A DNA stretch of 32,000 nt from an uncultured Bacteroidota bacterium. Its GTDB lineage: Bacteria > Bacteroidota > Ignavibacteria > Ignavibacteriales > Ignavibacteriaceae. The stretch is from NCBI GenBank assembly GCA_963782475.1, contig CAWAJW010000008.1, positions 32,671 to 64,670 on the forward strand. Direction: 5' to 3'. Positions 7,313 through 16,652 of the stretch are shown here, one piece after another. Made by a program: the position numbers and the translations under genes. The notes beneath the pieces are model-generated. The model was not told the DNA's origin, did no database searches, and saw only the letters and a list, made by a program, of their open reading frames with translations. Each line of letters starts with the position of its first letter. The first letter of the stretch is position 1.

Positions 7313-7332
7313 AATGATAAACGTTTATCATT
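7313..7332. promoter_or_regulatory. LacI-family operator candidate (perfect 20-bp palindrome)
   Basis: AATGATAAACGTTTATCATT is its own reverse complement. It has the central CG and TGnnAAnCGnTTnnCA-like architecture typical of LacI/GalR operators. It sits 9 nt downstream of the -10 box, and a LacI-family gene lies at the end of the same gene string. Confidence 0.6.
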
Positions 7333-7449
7333 ATCTAAATTTTTTACACTTTCATCAAATAAAGTTGAATTGATTTTAAAATATTATCACTTCCCTGAAT
7401 GAATATTTTTATTTAGAATGAATAACTTTTTATTAATAAGGAAGCTTAA

Positions 7450-9261
7450 ATGAAGAATGTAAACTCTATAACTAAAAACCCTTCCATTCGTTTGTATGGC
7501 AGTCTGCCTAAAATAGGGATTCGCCCTGTTATTGATGGAAGAAGAAAAGGGGTAAGAGAATCTCTTGAAGATCAAACTATGCGGATGGCAAAAACTGTTA
7601 AGAATTTTTTTGAAACGAATTTAAATCATTCTAACGGAACACCAGTCGAATGTATAATTGCCGATACATGCATAGGCGGTGTTGCAGAAGCAGCTCAAGC
7701 AGCGGAAAAATTTTCCAGAGAAGGTGCAGGAGTATCGTTAACAGTTACGCCATGCTGGTGTTATGGAACCGAAGTAATGGATTCCGATCCGTTTTTACCA
7801 AAAGCTGTCTGGGGATTTAATGGCACTGAACGCCCCGGTGCTGTTTATCTTGCAGCTGCGCTTGCAGGTTATAGTCAGAAGGGTCTGCCGGCTTTTGGAA
7901 TTTACGGAGAAAATGTCCAGGATAAAAATGATTTCTCAATTCCAGCAGATGTTCAGGAAAAGCTTTTAATATTTGCAAAAGCCGGTCTTGCTGTCGCAGA
8001 AATGAAAGGGAAATCTTATTTATCAATTGGTTCAGTTTCGATGGGGATCGCCGGCTCCGTTGTTGATCCGGATTTTTTTAATGATTATCTGGGAATGCGG
8101 AATGAATCGGTTGATATGAGTGAAATTATTCGAAGAATAGAGGAAAAAATTTATGATGAAGAAGAATATAAAAGAGCATTAAATTGGACTAAAAAATATT
8201 GTAAAGAAGGTGAGGATGTTAATAAAGCTAAATCTTCAAGGGAAAGAAAAAATTATGAATGGGAAACAGTTGTAAAAATGTCTCTAATTGTCCGTGATTT
8301 AATGATTGGAAATTCCAAGCTTAATGAATTAGGATTTGAGGAAGAAGCTTTAGGACATAACGCAATTGCCGCAGGTTTTCAGGGGCAGCGCCAATGGACA
8401 GATCACTTTCCTAATGGTGATTTTATGGAGGCAATACTTAATTCTTCATTTGACTGGAATGGAATCCGGGAGCCATTCATGGTAGCAACTGAAAATGACA
8501 GTTTAAATGGCGCTTCAATGCTGTTTGGTCATTTGTTATCAGATACAGCTCAAATTTTTTCTGATGTAAGAACATATTGGAGCCCTTTCTCCGTAAAAAG
8601 AGTGACAGGAAAAAATTTGAAAGGTAAAGCTGCCAATGGTATTATTCATTTAATTAATTCCGGTTCATCTGCACTTGATGGAACGGGTAAACAAAGAAGA
8701 AACGGCAAACCTGCTATGAAACCGTTTTGGGAAATTAAGGAAAATGAAGTCAATGCTTGTCTAAAAGCCACTGAATGGTGGCCGGCGGAATTGGAATATT
8801 TTAGAGGCGGCGGCTTCTCATCTCAATTTTTAACCGAAGGAGACATGCCGGTTACTATTTCCCGGCTTAATTTGGTTAAAGGATTAGGACCTGCTTTACA
8901 AATTGCTGAAGGTTATACTGTTGAACTTCCCGAAGATGTCCACGCAATATTAAATAGAAGGACAAGCCCCGGATGGCCGACAACATGGTTTGCTCCTATC
9001 CTAACAGGAAAAGATGCATTTACCAGCGTCTATTCGGTTATGGCTAACTGGGGCGCTAATCATTGTGCTGTGAGCTACGGACATATTGGTGATAAGCTAA
9101 TTACTCTTGCTTCTATGCTTAGGATCCCTGTTAATATGCATAATGTTTCCCGGGAAAGAATATATAGACCGAGTGCCTGGAATGGATTTGGAACCCAAGA
9201 TCTTGAAGGTGCAGATTTCAGAGCATGTAAAAATTTCGGACCAATTTATAACAGATCGTAA
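7450..9261 (+). CDS. fucI: L-fucose isomerase
   Basis: 603 aa, collinear with E. coli FucI as I recall it: [110 protein letters not shown] and YRPSAW. Confidence 0.95.
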   Translation: MKNVNSITKNPSIRLYGSLPKIGIRPVIDGRRKGVRESLEDQTMRMAKTVKNFFETNLNHSNGTPVECIIADTCIGGVAEAAQAAEKFSREGAGVSLTVTPCWCYGTEVMDSDPFLPKAVWGFNGTERPGAVYLAAALAGYSQKGLPAFGIYGENVQDKNDFSIPADVQEKLLIFAKAGLAVAEMKGKSYLSIGSVSMGIAGSVVDPDFFNDYLGMRNESVDMSEIIRRIEEKIYDEEEYKRALNWTKKYCKEGEDVNKAKSSRERKNYEWETVVKMSLIVRDLMIGNSKLNELGFEEEALGHNAIAAGFQGQRQWTDHFPNGDFMEAILNSSFDWNGIREPFMVATENDSLNGASMLFGHLLSDTAQIFSDVRTYWSPFSVKRVTGKNLKGKAANGIIHLINSGSSALDGTGKQRRNGKPAMKPFWEIKENEVNACLKATEWWPAELEYFRGGGFSSQFLTEGDMPVTISRLNLVKGLGPALQIAEGYTVELPEDVHAILNRRTSPGWPTTWFAPILTGKDAFTSVYSVMANWGANHCAVSYGHIGDKLITLASMLRIPVNMHNVSRERIYRPSAWNGFGTQDLEGADFRACKNFGPIYNRS

Positions 9262-9278
9262 ATAAAGGATTCAGCGGA

Positions 9279-11330
9279 ATGAAAAAACTATTCTTATTAT
9301 CCTGCATATTTATATTTGCTGCTGTAATTAATGCGCAAAATTTTACACGGGAAACAAAAGCAGAACATGATAAAAGAATGGAATGGTGGCGTAAAGCCCG
9401 TTTTGGTCTTTTCATTCATTGGGGATTATATTCTATCCCCGCAGGAGAATGGGACGGGAAAACAAATTATGCAGAATGGATACGCAATCAGGCTCAAATT
9501 CCGATCGATGTTTATGATAAGTTTGTTTCAAAGTTCAATCCTGTAAAATTCGATGCTGATAGATGGGTTCGTATGGCTAAGAATGCCGGAATGAAATATA
9601 TTGTCATTACTTCTAAGCATCATGACGGATTTTGTCTTTTTAATTCTAAGTATACTGATTTCGATATTATGTCTACACCTTTTCACCGGGATATTCTAAA
9701 GGAACTTTCACGGGCGTGCAAAAAGGAAGGAATAAAGTTGTGCTTCTACTATTCAATAATGGATTGGCATCACCCTGATTATCTTCCGAGACGCGGATGG
9801 GAAACTGACAGATCAGCCAAAGGTGCAGATTTCGACAGGTATGTTCAGTATATGAAGAACCAATTAAAAGAACTGTTAACCAATTACGGTAATATAGGAG
9901 TTCTCTGGTTTGATGGTGAATGGGAAAATACCTGGAATGATAAACGCGGTTTGGATCTTTATAATTATGTAAGGAGCATTCAGCCTGATATTATTATAAA
10001 TAATCGTGTAGGTACAGGCAGAAGCGGTTTAGAAGGCTTTACAGAGGGAGAAGGATTTGCGGGCGATTTCGGAACGCCCGAACAGCAAATCCCTTCTACC
10101 GGATTACCCGGCGTTGATTGGGAATCATGTATGACAATGAATGATCATTGGGGTTACAATAAGAATGATAAGAATTTTAAATCAACTAAAGAAATTTTAC
10201 AAATGCTCGCAGATATTGCATCAAAAGGAGGGAACTATTTATTGAATGTCGGTCCCACTTCTCAAGGTTTATTCCCTTCGGAAAGTGTTGAGCGTCTTCA
10301 AGAAATTGGTAAATGGATGGAGCTAAACGGAGAGTCAATATACGGGACCGGTGCAAGTCCATTTAAAAATTTGGATTGGGGAAGATGTACGCAAAAAATG
10401 ATCGATGGGAATACAAGGCTCTATCTTCACGTTTTTAACTGGCCTCAGGATGGTAAACTTGTGATCCCGGGAATTTATAATAAACCTATACGCTCATTCC
10501 TCCTTTCGGATAAAAACAAATCTCCTCTTAACTTTGAAAAAAATGAAGATGCAATAATTATAAATGTTCCTTCAGTTGCTCCCGACAGCATAAATTCTGT
10601 TGTTGTACTTGATATTTCAGGTAAAGCAGATATAAATAATCCTCCCGGATTTGAATTTGAGAATAAAATATTTATTGACAGTATGGAGGTTCAGCTGAAA
10701 TCAAGCCGTGATAATGTTGAAATACATTATACAACGAACGGCAGTACACCTGAATTAAATTCATTTTTGTATTCGAATCCAATCAAATTAAAGGAAACAA
10801 CTTTAATTTCTGCAAGATGTTTCAGTAACGGAAAACCCGTAAGCGGCATATCTAAAGAGATATTTACAAAAGTGAGACCTGAAGAAAGTGTAGAAATTAA
10901 TAATGCAGTTAATGGGATTAAGTATAAATATTTTGAGGGGAATTGGGATTCACTTCCGGATTTTAGCTCATTGAAACCTGCAGATCAAAATATTATTCCA
11001 AATTTTTCAATTGCTTCTGCAAAATCGGAAGATTATTATGGATTTGAGTATAATGGATATATTAAAATACTGGAAGACGGGATTTATACTTTTTATACAG
11101 CTTCGGACGACGGTAGCCGTTTATATTTGGGGGACAGCTTAATTGTCGACAATGATGGTGAGCATGGTATAGTTGAAAAAAGCGGCAAAACAGCACTGTC
11201 AAAAGGTTTCCATCCAATAAGAGTAACTTTTTTTGAAAAAACGGGGGATCGAAATTTAGATATAAAAATGAAAAGCTTAAGTATGGAAAAAGAATCTATA
11301 CCTGATTCATTGCTGTTTTATTCTAAATAG
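9279..11330 (+). CDS. Secreted alpha-L-fucosidase (GH29) with a C-terminal chitobiase/hexosaminidase-C-like domain and a PA14 domain
   Basis: N-terminal signal peptide MKKLFLLSCIFIFAAVINAQ. GH29 motifs are WWRKARFGLFIHWGLYS, KYIVITSKHHDGFCLFNS and GVLWFDGEW. VEIHYTTNGSTPELNS...ISARCF is the CHB_HEX_C-like module. YKYFEGNW...YTASDDGSRLYLGD..VDNDG is the PA14 signature. Confidence 0.88.
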   Translation: MKKLFLLSCIFIFAAVINAQNFTRETKAEHDKRMEWWRKARFGLFIHWGLYSIPAGEWDGKTNYAEWIRNQAQIPIDVYDKFVSKFNPVKFDADRWVRMAKNAGMKYIVITSKHHDGFCLFNSKYTDFDIMSTPFHRDILKELSRACKKEGIKLCFYYSIMDWHHPDYLPRRGWETDRSAKGADFDRYVQYMKNQLKELLTNYGNIGVLWFDGEWENTWNDKRGLDLYNYVRSIQPDIIINNRVGTGRSGLEGFTEGEGFAGDFGTPEQQIPSTGLPGVDWESCMTMNDHWGYNKNDKNFKSTKEILQMLADIASKGGNYLLNVGPTSQGLFPSESVERLQEIGKWMELNGESIYGTGASPFKNLDWGRCTQKMIDGNTRLYLHVFNWPQDGKLVIPGIYNKPIRSFLLSDKNKSPLNFEKNEDAIIINVPSVAPDSINSVVVLDISGKADINNPPGFEFENKIFIDSMEVQLKSSRDNVEIHYTTNGSTPELNSFLYSNPIKLKETTLISARCFSNGKPVSGISKEIFTKVRPEESVEINNAVNGIKYKYFEGNWDSLPDFSSLKPADQNIIPNFSIASAKSEDYYGFEYNGYIKILEDGIYTFYTASDDGSRLYLGDSLIVDNDGEHGIVEKSGKTALSKGFHPIRVTFFEKTGDRNLDIKMKSLSMEKESIPDSLLFYSK

Positions 11331-11421
11331 TAAATTGTAATTTAATAGAAAGCATTAAAACCTTAATCTAGAACAATATATTATAATTTTAAATATAAAC
11401 TATTAAATAACTTTTGTGTAA

Positions 11422-12888
11422 ATGTCTATCTCAAAATTTCTTGCTGTAGATTTAGGAGCTGAAAGCGGCCGTGTAATTGTAGGAATTCTTGAAAATAAAA
11501 AATTTTATTTTGAAGAAATCCATCGCTTTCCGAACAAACAAGTTAATAAAGAAGGGGGTCTATTCTGGGATGTTCCGAATTTATTCAGGGAAATAAAAAC
11601 AGGATTATCCCTTGCAGTAAAAAATGGGCATAAGGATATTGAATCGATTGGAATTGATACATGGGGCGTTGATTTCGGTTTACTTGGAAAAAATGATCAA
11701 TTAATAGAGATGCCTCATACTTATCGAGATAACAGGACTAATGGAATTCCCGACAAGGTGTTTGAGAAAATTTCTCCTGCTGATATCTATAACAAAACAG
11801 GGATCCAATTTATGGATATTAACTCCCTGTATCAATTATACAGCTTAAAAATTTCAAATGAATCGGTTTTAAAGGGATCCGCTAGACTTTTATTTATGCC
11901 TGATTTATTCAACTTTTTATTAACGGGAGAAAAGAACTCAGAATATACAATTGCTTCAACCTCTCAATTTTTAAATGCAAAAACAAAGGAATTTGATTTA
12001 GATATTTTCTCTGTTCTCGAATTACCCATTAATATTATGGCGCCGATAATAAAGCCCGGAACCGTAGTTGGTAAACTGCTCCCCGATGTTGCGGCGGAAA
12101 CAGGATTAGGGATTATCGATGTAATTGCAGTCGGCTGCCATGATACTGCCAGTGCAGTTGCTGCAATTCCCTGCCGGGGTGACGACTGGGCCTATCTAAG
12201 TTCCGGAACATGGTCATTGCTTGGTATAGAAATCAATAAACCCCTTACTGATTTTAAATATAAAGATTTTACTAATGAGGGGGGAGTTAATAGTACGATC
12301 AGGTTCCTGCAAAATATTTCCGGCTTATGGTTTCTTCAAGAGCTTAAAAAGAGCTGGGAAAAAAAAGGAGACCATTACAGTTATGACGAGATATCTAATT
12401 TAGCTGAAAAATCAAAATCTTTTGTCTCAATTATTGATCCTGAGGATAAGCTTTTTATTAATCCGCCGGATATGATTGAAGCTATTAACCAATATTGTTT
12501 TAAGACTAAACAAAGGATGCCCCAAACACATGGTGAATATTCGCGTTCCATATTGGAAAGTCTTGCTTTAAAATACAAAACTGTTTTGAAAAAGATAGAA
12601 AAAATCTCGAATAAAAAGATTAATAAGCTTCATATAGTTGGAGGCGGTTCACAAAATGAACTGCTAAATCAGCTGGCTGCAGATGCAACCGGCAAACAAG
12701 TGATTGCGGGACCTGTGGAAGCAACGGCTTTGGGGAATATCATTGTACAGGCAATTACAAGAGGTAAAATCGAATCATATGAGAAAGCAAGAGAAATTGT
12801 ATCGGAATCTTTTCCCCTGAAATTATATGAACCCAGGGATCAGGAAAGCTGGGACAATATTTCTATAGAATCATTTATAATTGATTAA
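11422..12888 (+). CDS. rhaB: Rhamnulokinase-family (FGGY) sugar kinase, a likely L-rhamnulose/L-fuculose kinase
   Basis: 488 aa, collinear with E. coli RhaB: AVDLGAESGRV, EIHRFPN, SIGIDTWGVDFGLL, YRD.RTNG, GIQFM..NSLYQL, LFMPDLFN, HDTASAV, YLSSGTWSL, TNEGG, GLW.LQE, HIVGGGSQN.LLNQL.ADA and VIAGPVEATALGN. Confidence 0.88.
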   Translation: MSISKFLAVDLGAESGRVIVGILENKKFYFEEIHRFPNKQVNKEGGLFWDVPNLFREIKTGLSLAVKNGHKDIESIGIDTWGVDFGLLGKNDQLIEMPHTYRDNRTNGIPDKVFEKISPADIYNKTGIQFMDINSLYQLYSLKISNESVLKGSARLLFMPDLFNFLLTGEKNSEYTIASTSQFLNAKTKEFDLDIFSVLELPINIMAPIIKPGTVVGKLLPDVAAETGLGIIDVIAVGCHDTASAVAAIPCRGDDWAYLSSGTWSLLGIEINKPLTDFKYKDFTNEGGVNSTIRFLQNISGLWFLQELKKSWEKKGDHYSYDEISNLAEKSKSFVSIIDPEDKLFINPPDMIEAINQYCFKTKQRMPQTHGEYSRSILESLALKYKTVLKKIEKISNKKINKLHIVGGGSQNELLNQLAADATGKQVIAGPVEATALGNIIVQAITRGKIESYEKAREIVSESFPLKLYEPRDQESWDNISIESFIID

Positions 12889-13004
12889 AAAAGTTCGGAA
12901 TCAATATAAAATAATATTCTGCATCCCTTTTTATATCAATTATATTTTTTTCTCTATGTAAACTGAAAAAAATCCTGGAACAGAATTAAAAAAAGGATAC
13001 TAAT

Positions 13005-14348
13005 ATGGCTGTAACAAAATTGTTCAAAGCAGAAAACGGGAAGAGTTATCTCTTTACATTTATGCTTGTAAGTACATTGTTTTTATTGTGGGGAGTTTGT
13101 AACGGAATGATAGACGTGATGGACAAGCATTTCCAGGATTTTTTACATTTATCAAAAGCACAATCAGCCTGGGTACAATTTGCACATTATCTGGGTTATC
13201 TTTTAATGGCTCTTCCTGCGAGCTGGCTGGCGCATAAGCTCGGATATAAAGGTGGTATTATTGCAGGATTGCTTCTAGTTTCTGTCGGTGGGTTTTGGTT
13301 TATTCCCGCCACACACATAGCTTCATTCTGGGCTTTTCTTCTGGGCGTTTGTGTAATAGCAATGGGATTAACGGTTTTGGAAACCGTTGCAAATCCTTAT
13401 ACGACAGTACTTGGTCCAAAAGAATATGCGGCTACCCGGATAAATTTTGCCCAGGCTTTTAACGGTGTAGGATGGATCTTCGGTCCAATAGTTGGCGGCA
13501 TATTTTTTTATTCAAATCAGGGAGCTGTAGTTGCTCAAAAACAATTATATATTCCATATCTAGCAATTGCTCTTATTGTTCTGGTAATGGCAACAGTTTT
13601 TTATTTCTCAAATCTTCCCGACCTTAATACCGAAGATGAATACAATATGAATAGTGCAGATACAAAGGGGATTAAACGTTCGATATGGTCGCACAAACAT
13701 TTTGTGGGAGGGGTAGCTTCGCAGTTTTTATATGTCGCGGCTCAGGCAGGTATTTTTAGTTTCTTTATTAATTATATTGTAGAAGAGCTCCCTTCAATCT
13801 CGAAAGGATTAGCAGACAGCTGGCTATTTGCAAACCGTACAATTCTGAAGAATGGTGCTTTTTTTGTAAATGAAAAAGGAGCGACATTTTTATTAGGCAC
13901 GATCGCATTTCCGCTGTTTTTAATTGGTCGTGCCAGCGGTGCTGCAATTCTTAGAAAATTAAAGGCTCACCGGGTACTCGGCACTTATGCATTGGTTAAT
14001 GTAATACTATGCGGGATCGTTGTGCTTAAGCTTGGCTGGATTTCGGTTAGTGCAGTGTTTCTCAGCTTTTTGTTTATGTCAATTATGTATCCTACTATAT
14101 TTACCTTAGGTATTTATGGATTAGGCGAACAGGCAAAAAAAGCATCGGGTTTTATAGTAATGGCAATAATAGGCGGAGCGATTATGCCGAAAATTATGGG
14201 TTACCTGGGAGATGTATACAATATGTCTGCCGGTTTCCTAATGCCTTTAGTCTGCTTTGCTATAATTGCTGTATATGGATTTAGCTGGACAAAATTGAGC
14301 AAATCAGAAGGTGTTGTCGGCCTTGCTGCAGTCAAGGCAGGTCATTAA
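13005..14348 (+). CDS. fucP: L-fucose:H+ symporter (MFS, FucP family)
   Basis: 447 aa, about 12 TM segments. FLLWGV.NG..DV, LETVANPYTTVLGP, NFAQAFNG.G, FLYVAAQ, YPTIFTLG and FIVMAIIGGAI.P parallel E. coli FucP. Confidence 0.88.
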   Translation: MAVTKLFKAENGKSYLFTFMLVSTLFLLWGVCNGMIDVMDKHFQDFLHLSKAQSAWVQFAHYLGYLLMALPASWLAHKLGYKGGIIAGLLLVSVGGFWFIPATHIASFWAFLLGVCVIAMGLTVLETVANPYTTVLGPKEYAATRINFAQAFNGVGWIFGPIVGGIFFYSNQGAVVAQKQLYIPYLAIALIVLVMATVFYFSNLPDLNTEDEYNMNSADTKGIKRSIWSHKHFVGGVASQFLYVAAQAGIFSFFINYIVEELPSISKGLADSWLFANRTILKNGAFFVNEKGATFLLGTIAFPLFLIGRASGAAILRKLKAHRVLGTYALVNVILCGIVVLKLGWISVSAVFLSFLFMSIMYPTIFTLGIYGLGEQAKKASGFIVMAIIGGAIMPKIMGYLGDVYNMSAGFLMPLVCFAIIAVYGFSWTKLSKSEGVVGLAAVKAGH

Positions 14349-14536
14349 TTGAGTTTTGAGTTCCCGGTAAAAGCTTTTGAATAAAAAATAATTATACCGG
14401 AAAAACCATTTTCGAATCCATATCTTTAAAACTGGGTTTGTTACTAATCTTATTTAATGGGATGAGATCATAATTTTAGCAACTATATTAAGCAATAGCA
14501 TAGATCAATATTTTTATCTCCTATAATTTTTAAGGT

Positions 14537-15541
14537 ATGTCAACAATATTTGATATTGCAAAAAAAGCAGAAGTATCAATTATAACTGTTTCAAGGCTGC
14601 TTAATAATCCTAAAATGGTCAGTGCACGCACTGCCGAAAAAATTTTCCGGGTAATGGAAGAATTAAATTACCAGCCAAGCCAAATTGCAAGATCATTAGT
14701 TAAAAAGCAGACCAATACTATCGGCGTTATTATGTCTGATATTAAAAATACTTTTTTTAACAGCTGGTTCCGTATTGTTGAAGATTATGCAAGCAAACAT
14801 GGATATAATTTACTCTTATGCAACACAGACGAAAGTCCCGCAAGAGAAATGAAGTATGTAAAGCTGCTCCAGTCTCAAAGGGTTGATGGCTTAATAATAA
14901 TTCCCTGTTCGGAAAAATCAGTAGACTACTTATTAAAAAGCGGCATAAATTTTATTCTGGTAGATAGAGTTTTAAGAGAGCAAAAAGCCAGCTTTGTTTC
15001 AACTGATCATTATCTTGGTGCTTATGAAGCTGCGGAATACTTAATTAAATTGGGTCATACAAAAATTGCAGTTCTAAAAGGGGGAGGGGCTCTTTTCCCT
15101 GATATTGAAAGATATTCAGGGTTTCAAGATGCTATGAAAAAATATAGTATTGATATAGAAGATAAATATATATTAGATTGTGAATTTGATGAAATGCAGG
15201 GTTATAGTGCAACATTGAAATTGATGGGAATGAATTCAAAACCAACTGCAATTTTTTCTTTCAACAGTAAAATGATGATTGGTTCCATAAGGGCAGTACA
15301 AAAATTGGGACTGACAATTCCCGATAATATTTCATTAATCTGCTTTGATCAAATTCCCGGCTACGAGATCTTTCAGCCGAGGATCACATGTATAACACAG
15401 CCGATAAAATCTTTGGGTGAAAATTCCATTGCAGCTCTAATAGATAAGATAAAAAACAAGGAGAAATCCAAGCGGACTAAAATAATTTTAAAACCCGAAT
15501 TAATTTCAGGGGATTCTTGTAAAAGCTTAATAAAACCATGA
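14537..15541 (+). CDS. LacI-family transcriptional regulator
   Basis: N-terminal HTH MSTIFDIAKKAEVSIITVSRLLNNP. It has a periplasmic-binding-protein-like sugar-binding core (GVIMSDIKNTFF, VDGLIIIP, VLVDR). Confidence 0.9.
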   Translation: MSTIFDIAKKAEVSIITVSRLLNNPKMVSARTAEKIFRVMEELNYQPSQIARSLVKKQTNTIGVIMSDIKNTFFNSWFRIVEDYASKHGYNLLLCNTDESPAREMKYVKLLQSQRVDGLIIIPCSEKSVDYLLKSGINFILVDRVLREQKASFVSTDHYLGAYEAAEYLIKLGHTKIAVLKGGGALFPDIERYSGFQDAMKKYSIDIEDKYILDCEFDEMQGYSATLKLMGMNSKPTAIFSFNSKMMIGSIRAVQKLGLTIPDNISLICFDQIPGYEIFQPRITCITQPIKSLGENSIAALIDKIKNKEKSKRTKIILKPELISGDSCKSLIKP

Positions 15542-15998
15542 AACTATGAGTATAATTATATTCATTATGTTATTTGTGATCCTGCTAAAGCCGATTGCTT
15601 ATTACTTTTATAGACAATCCCGAATTTTGTAAAAAAAATGATAATAGGATATTTTTAAGCTGTTTTTCAGAATATATATTGCTCAAATAGTTTTGTATTC
15701 TAAAATAAAATTACTTAGCTTTACAAAAAGTTTTTAAGGCTTTATGGAAAGTCATTTTTACGATATATCAAAAGAAGCGGCAAATTTTTCTGCTTTTTTT
15801 TATCGGAAATCATGATTAATTTATATTTTCTTTTACCATGATAAAATATACTACTTGAAAGTAGGGTTTAAAAGCCATCATTAAGAAGAGCAGCATTTCG
15901 AATTTTAGGATTCAATTTAAAATAACATTTCATTTTACTTCTTCGGTATATCCACTAAGTATTTTGAATTAATAAAAACAAAAAAAAGGAAAGGTATC

Positions 15999-16349
15999 AT
16001 GAATATTTTCATCGGAAATTTAGCCAAGGATGTTACTGAGGATGATCTGCAAAATTTATTTTCCGAATTTGGAGCCGTAAGGAATGTTAAAGTAATAAAA
16101 GATTTATTTTCAGGTGAATCAAAAGGATTTGGTTTCCTTGAGATGCCGGGATTAGCAGAAGCTCAAAAAGCAATAAGTGAATTAAACACAAGGGATCTAA
16201 AAGGAAAGAAAATAGCTGTAAACGAAGCCAGGCCTCGGAACGATAAAAGAAGACCGGGCGGCGGCGGCGGCGGGGGAAGAGGCGGAAATAGAGGCGGCAG
16301 CGGCGGCGGAAATCGCGGCGGCGGCAGCGGCGGAAGAAGAAGCTGGTAA
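15999..16349 (+). CDS. RRM-domain RNA-binding protein with a Gly/Arg-rich (RGG) tail
   Basis: MNIFIGNLAKDVTEDDL is RNP2 and KGFGFLEM is RNP1. The tail is RRPGGGGGGGRGGNRGGSGGGNRGGGSGGRRSW. There is a strong RBS (AAAGGAAAGG) upstream. Confidence 0.9.
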   Translation: MNIFIGNLAKDVTEDDLQNLFSEFGAVRNVKVIKDLFSGESKGFGFLEMPGLAEAQKAISELNTRDLKGKKIAVNEARPRNDKRRPGGGGGGGRGGNRGGSGGGNRGGGSGGRRSW

Positions 16350-16401
16350 AATTTCTCTTATCTTCTGTTAAAAACCTAAAACTGACTCTTTCTATTGTAA
16401 A

Positions 16402-16527
16402 AGGCTGACCAAAAATAGCACAAACTGCGGGAACAATTCCAGTTACGCTTAATGTATGCTATTAAGAGGAATAAATTGAATATAAAATAAAAGTTAATAT
16501 TTTATAATATTATTTTTTGGTCAGCCT
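16402..16527. other. 126-bp element bounded by a perfect 14-bp inverted repeat with nested hairpins (candidate structured RNA or MITE-like element)
   Basis: AGGCTGACCAAAAA (16402-16415) and TTTTTGGTCAGCCT (16514-16527) are exact reverse complements. Inside, TATAAAATA (16481-16489) pairs with TATTTTATA (16498-16506), and TAGCA (16416-16420) pairs with TGCTA (16457-16461). Confidence 0.4.
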
Positions 16528-16599
16528 CTTCTTTCACCTCTTTAAACTTTTCCCAATACTTTAGAGAAAATATTTTTAAAAATATTATTTATTAAACTC

Positions 16600-16628
16600 T
16601 TGACAAGTGCACATTCGTTCACTATATT
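16600..16628 (+). promoter_or_regulatory. Near-consensus sigma-70 promoter of the lexA operon
   Basis: TTGACA (16600-16605), a 17-nt spacer, then TATATT (16623-16628), about 25 nt upstream of the lexA ATG. Confidence 0.6.
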
Positions 16629-16638
16629 TGTAGTGAAC
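16617..16638. promoter_or_regulatory. Candidate LexA operator (SOS box) overlapping the -10 element
   Basis: GTTCACTA (16617-16624) and TAGTGAAC (16631-16638) are perfect 8-bp inverted arms with a 6-nt spacer, i.e. GTTCAC-N10-GTGAAC. Autoregulation of lexA is the norm. Confidence 0.45.
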
Positions 16639-16652
16639 AATTGAGCACTATA

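Noticed and set aside
9331-9546. Same-strand, alternative-frame ORFs: 9331-9546, 19758-19979, 26423-26647, 28509-28736 and 28959-29246.
   Set aside because: They are fully embedded in the fucosidase, bamA, lipoate-ligase-family and propeller genes. Those genes' frames carry clear family motifs, and the overlapping frames show none.
14411-14419. A TTCGAATCC string resembling a tRNA T-loop in the fucP-lacI spacer.
   Set aside because: There is no flanking GG...CC T-stem, acceptor stem or anticodon arm, so no cloverleaf can be drawn. I found no tRNA elsewhere in the window either.
15546-15632. A 28-codon hydrophobic mini-ORF (MSIIIFIMLFVILLKPIAYYFYRQSRIL) right after the LacI gene, considered as a possible small membrane peptide or type I toxin.
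   Set aside because: It has no Shine-Dalgarno. The hydrophobic composition is expected from translating T-rich DNA, and there is no evidence of conservation. It is worth a glance in comparative or Ribo-seq data but is not supportable from sequence alone.
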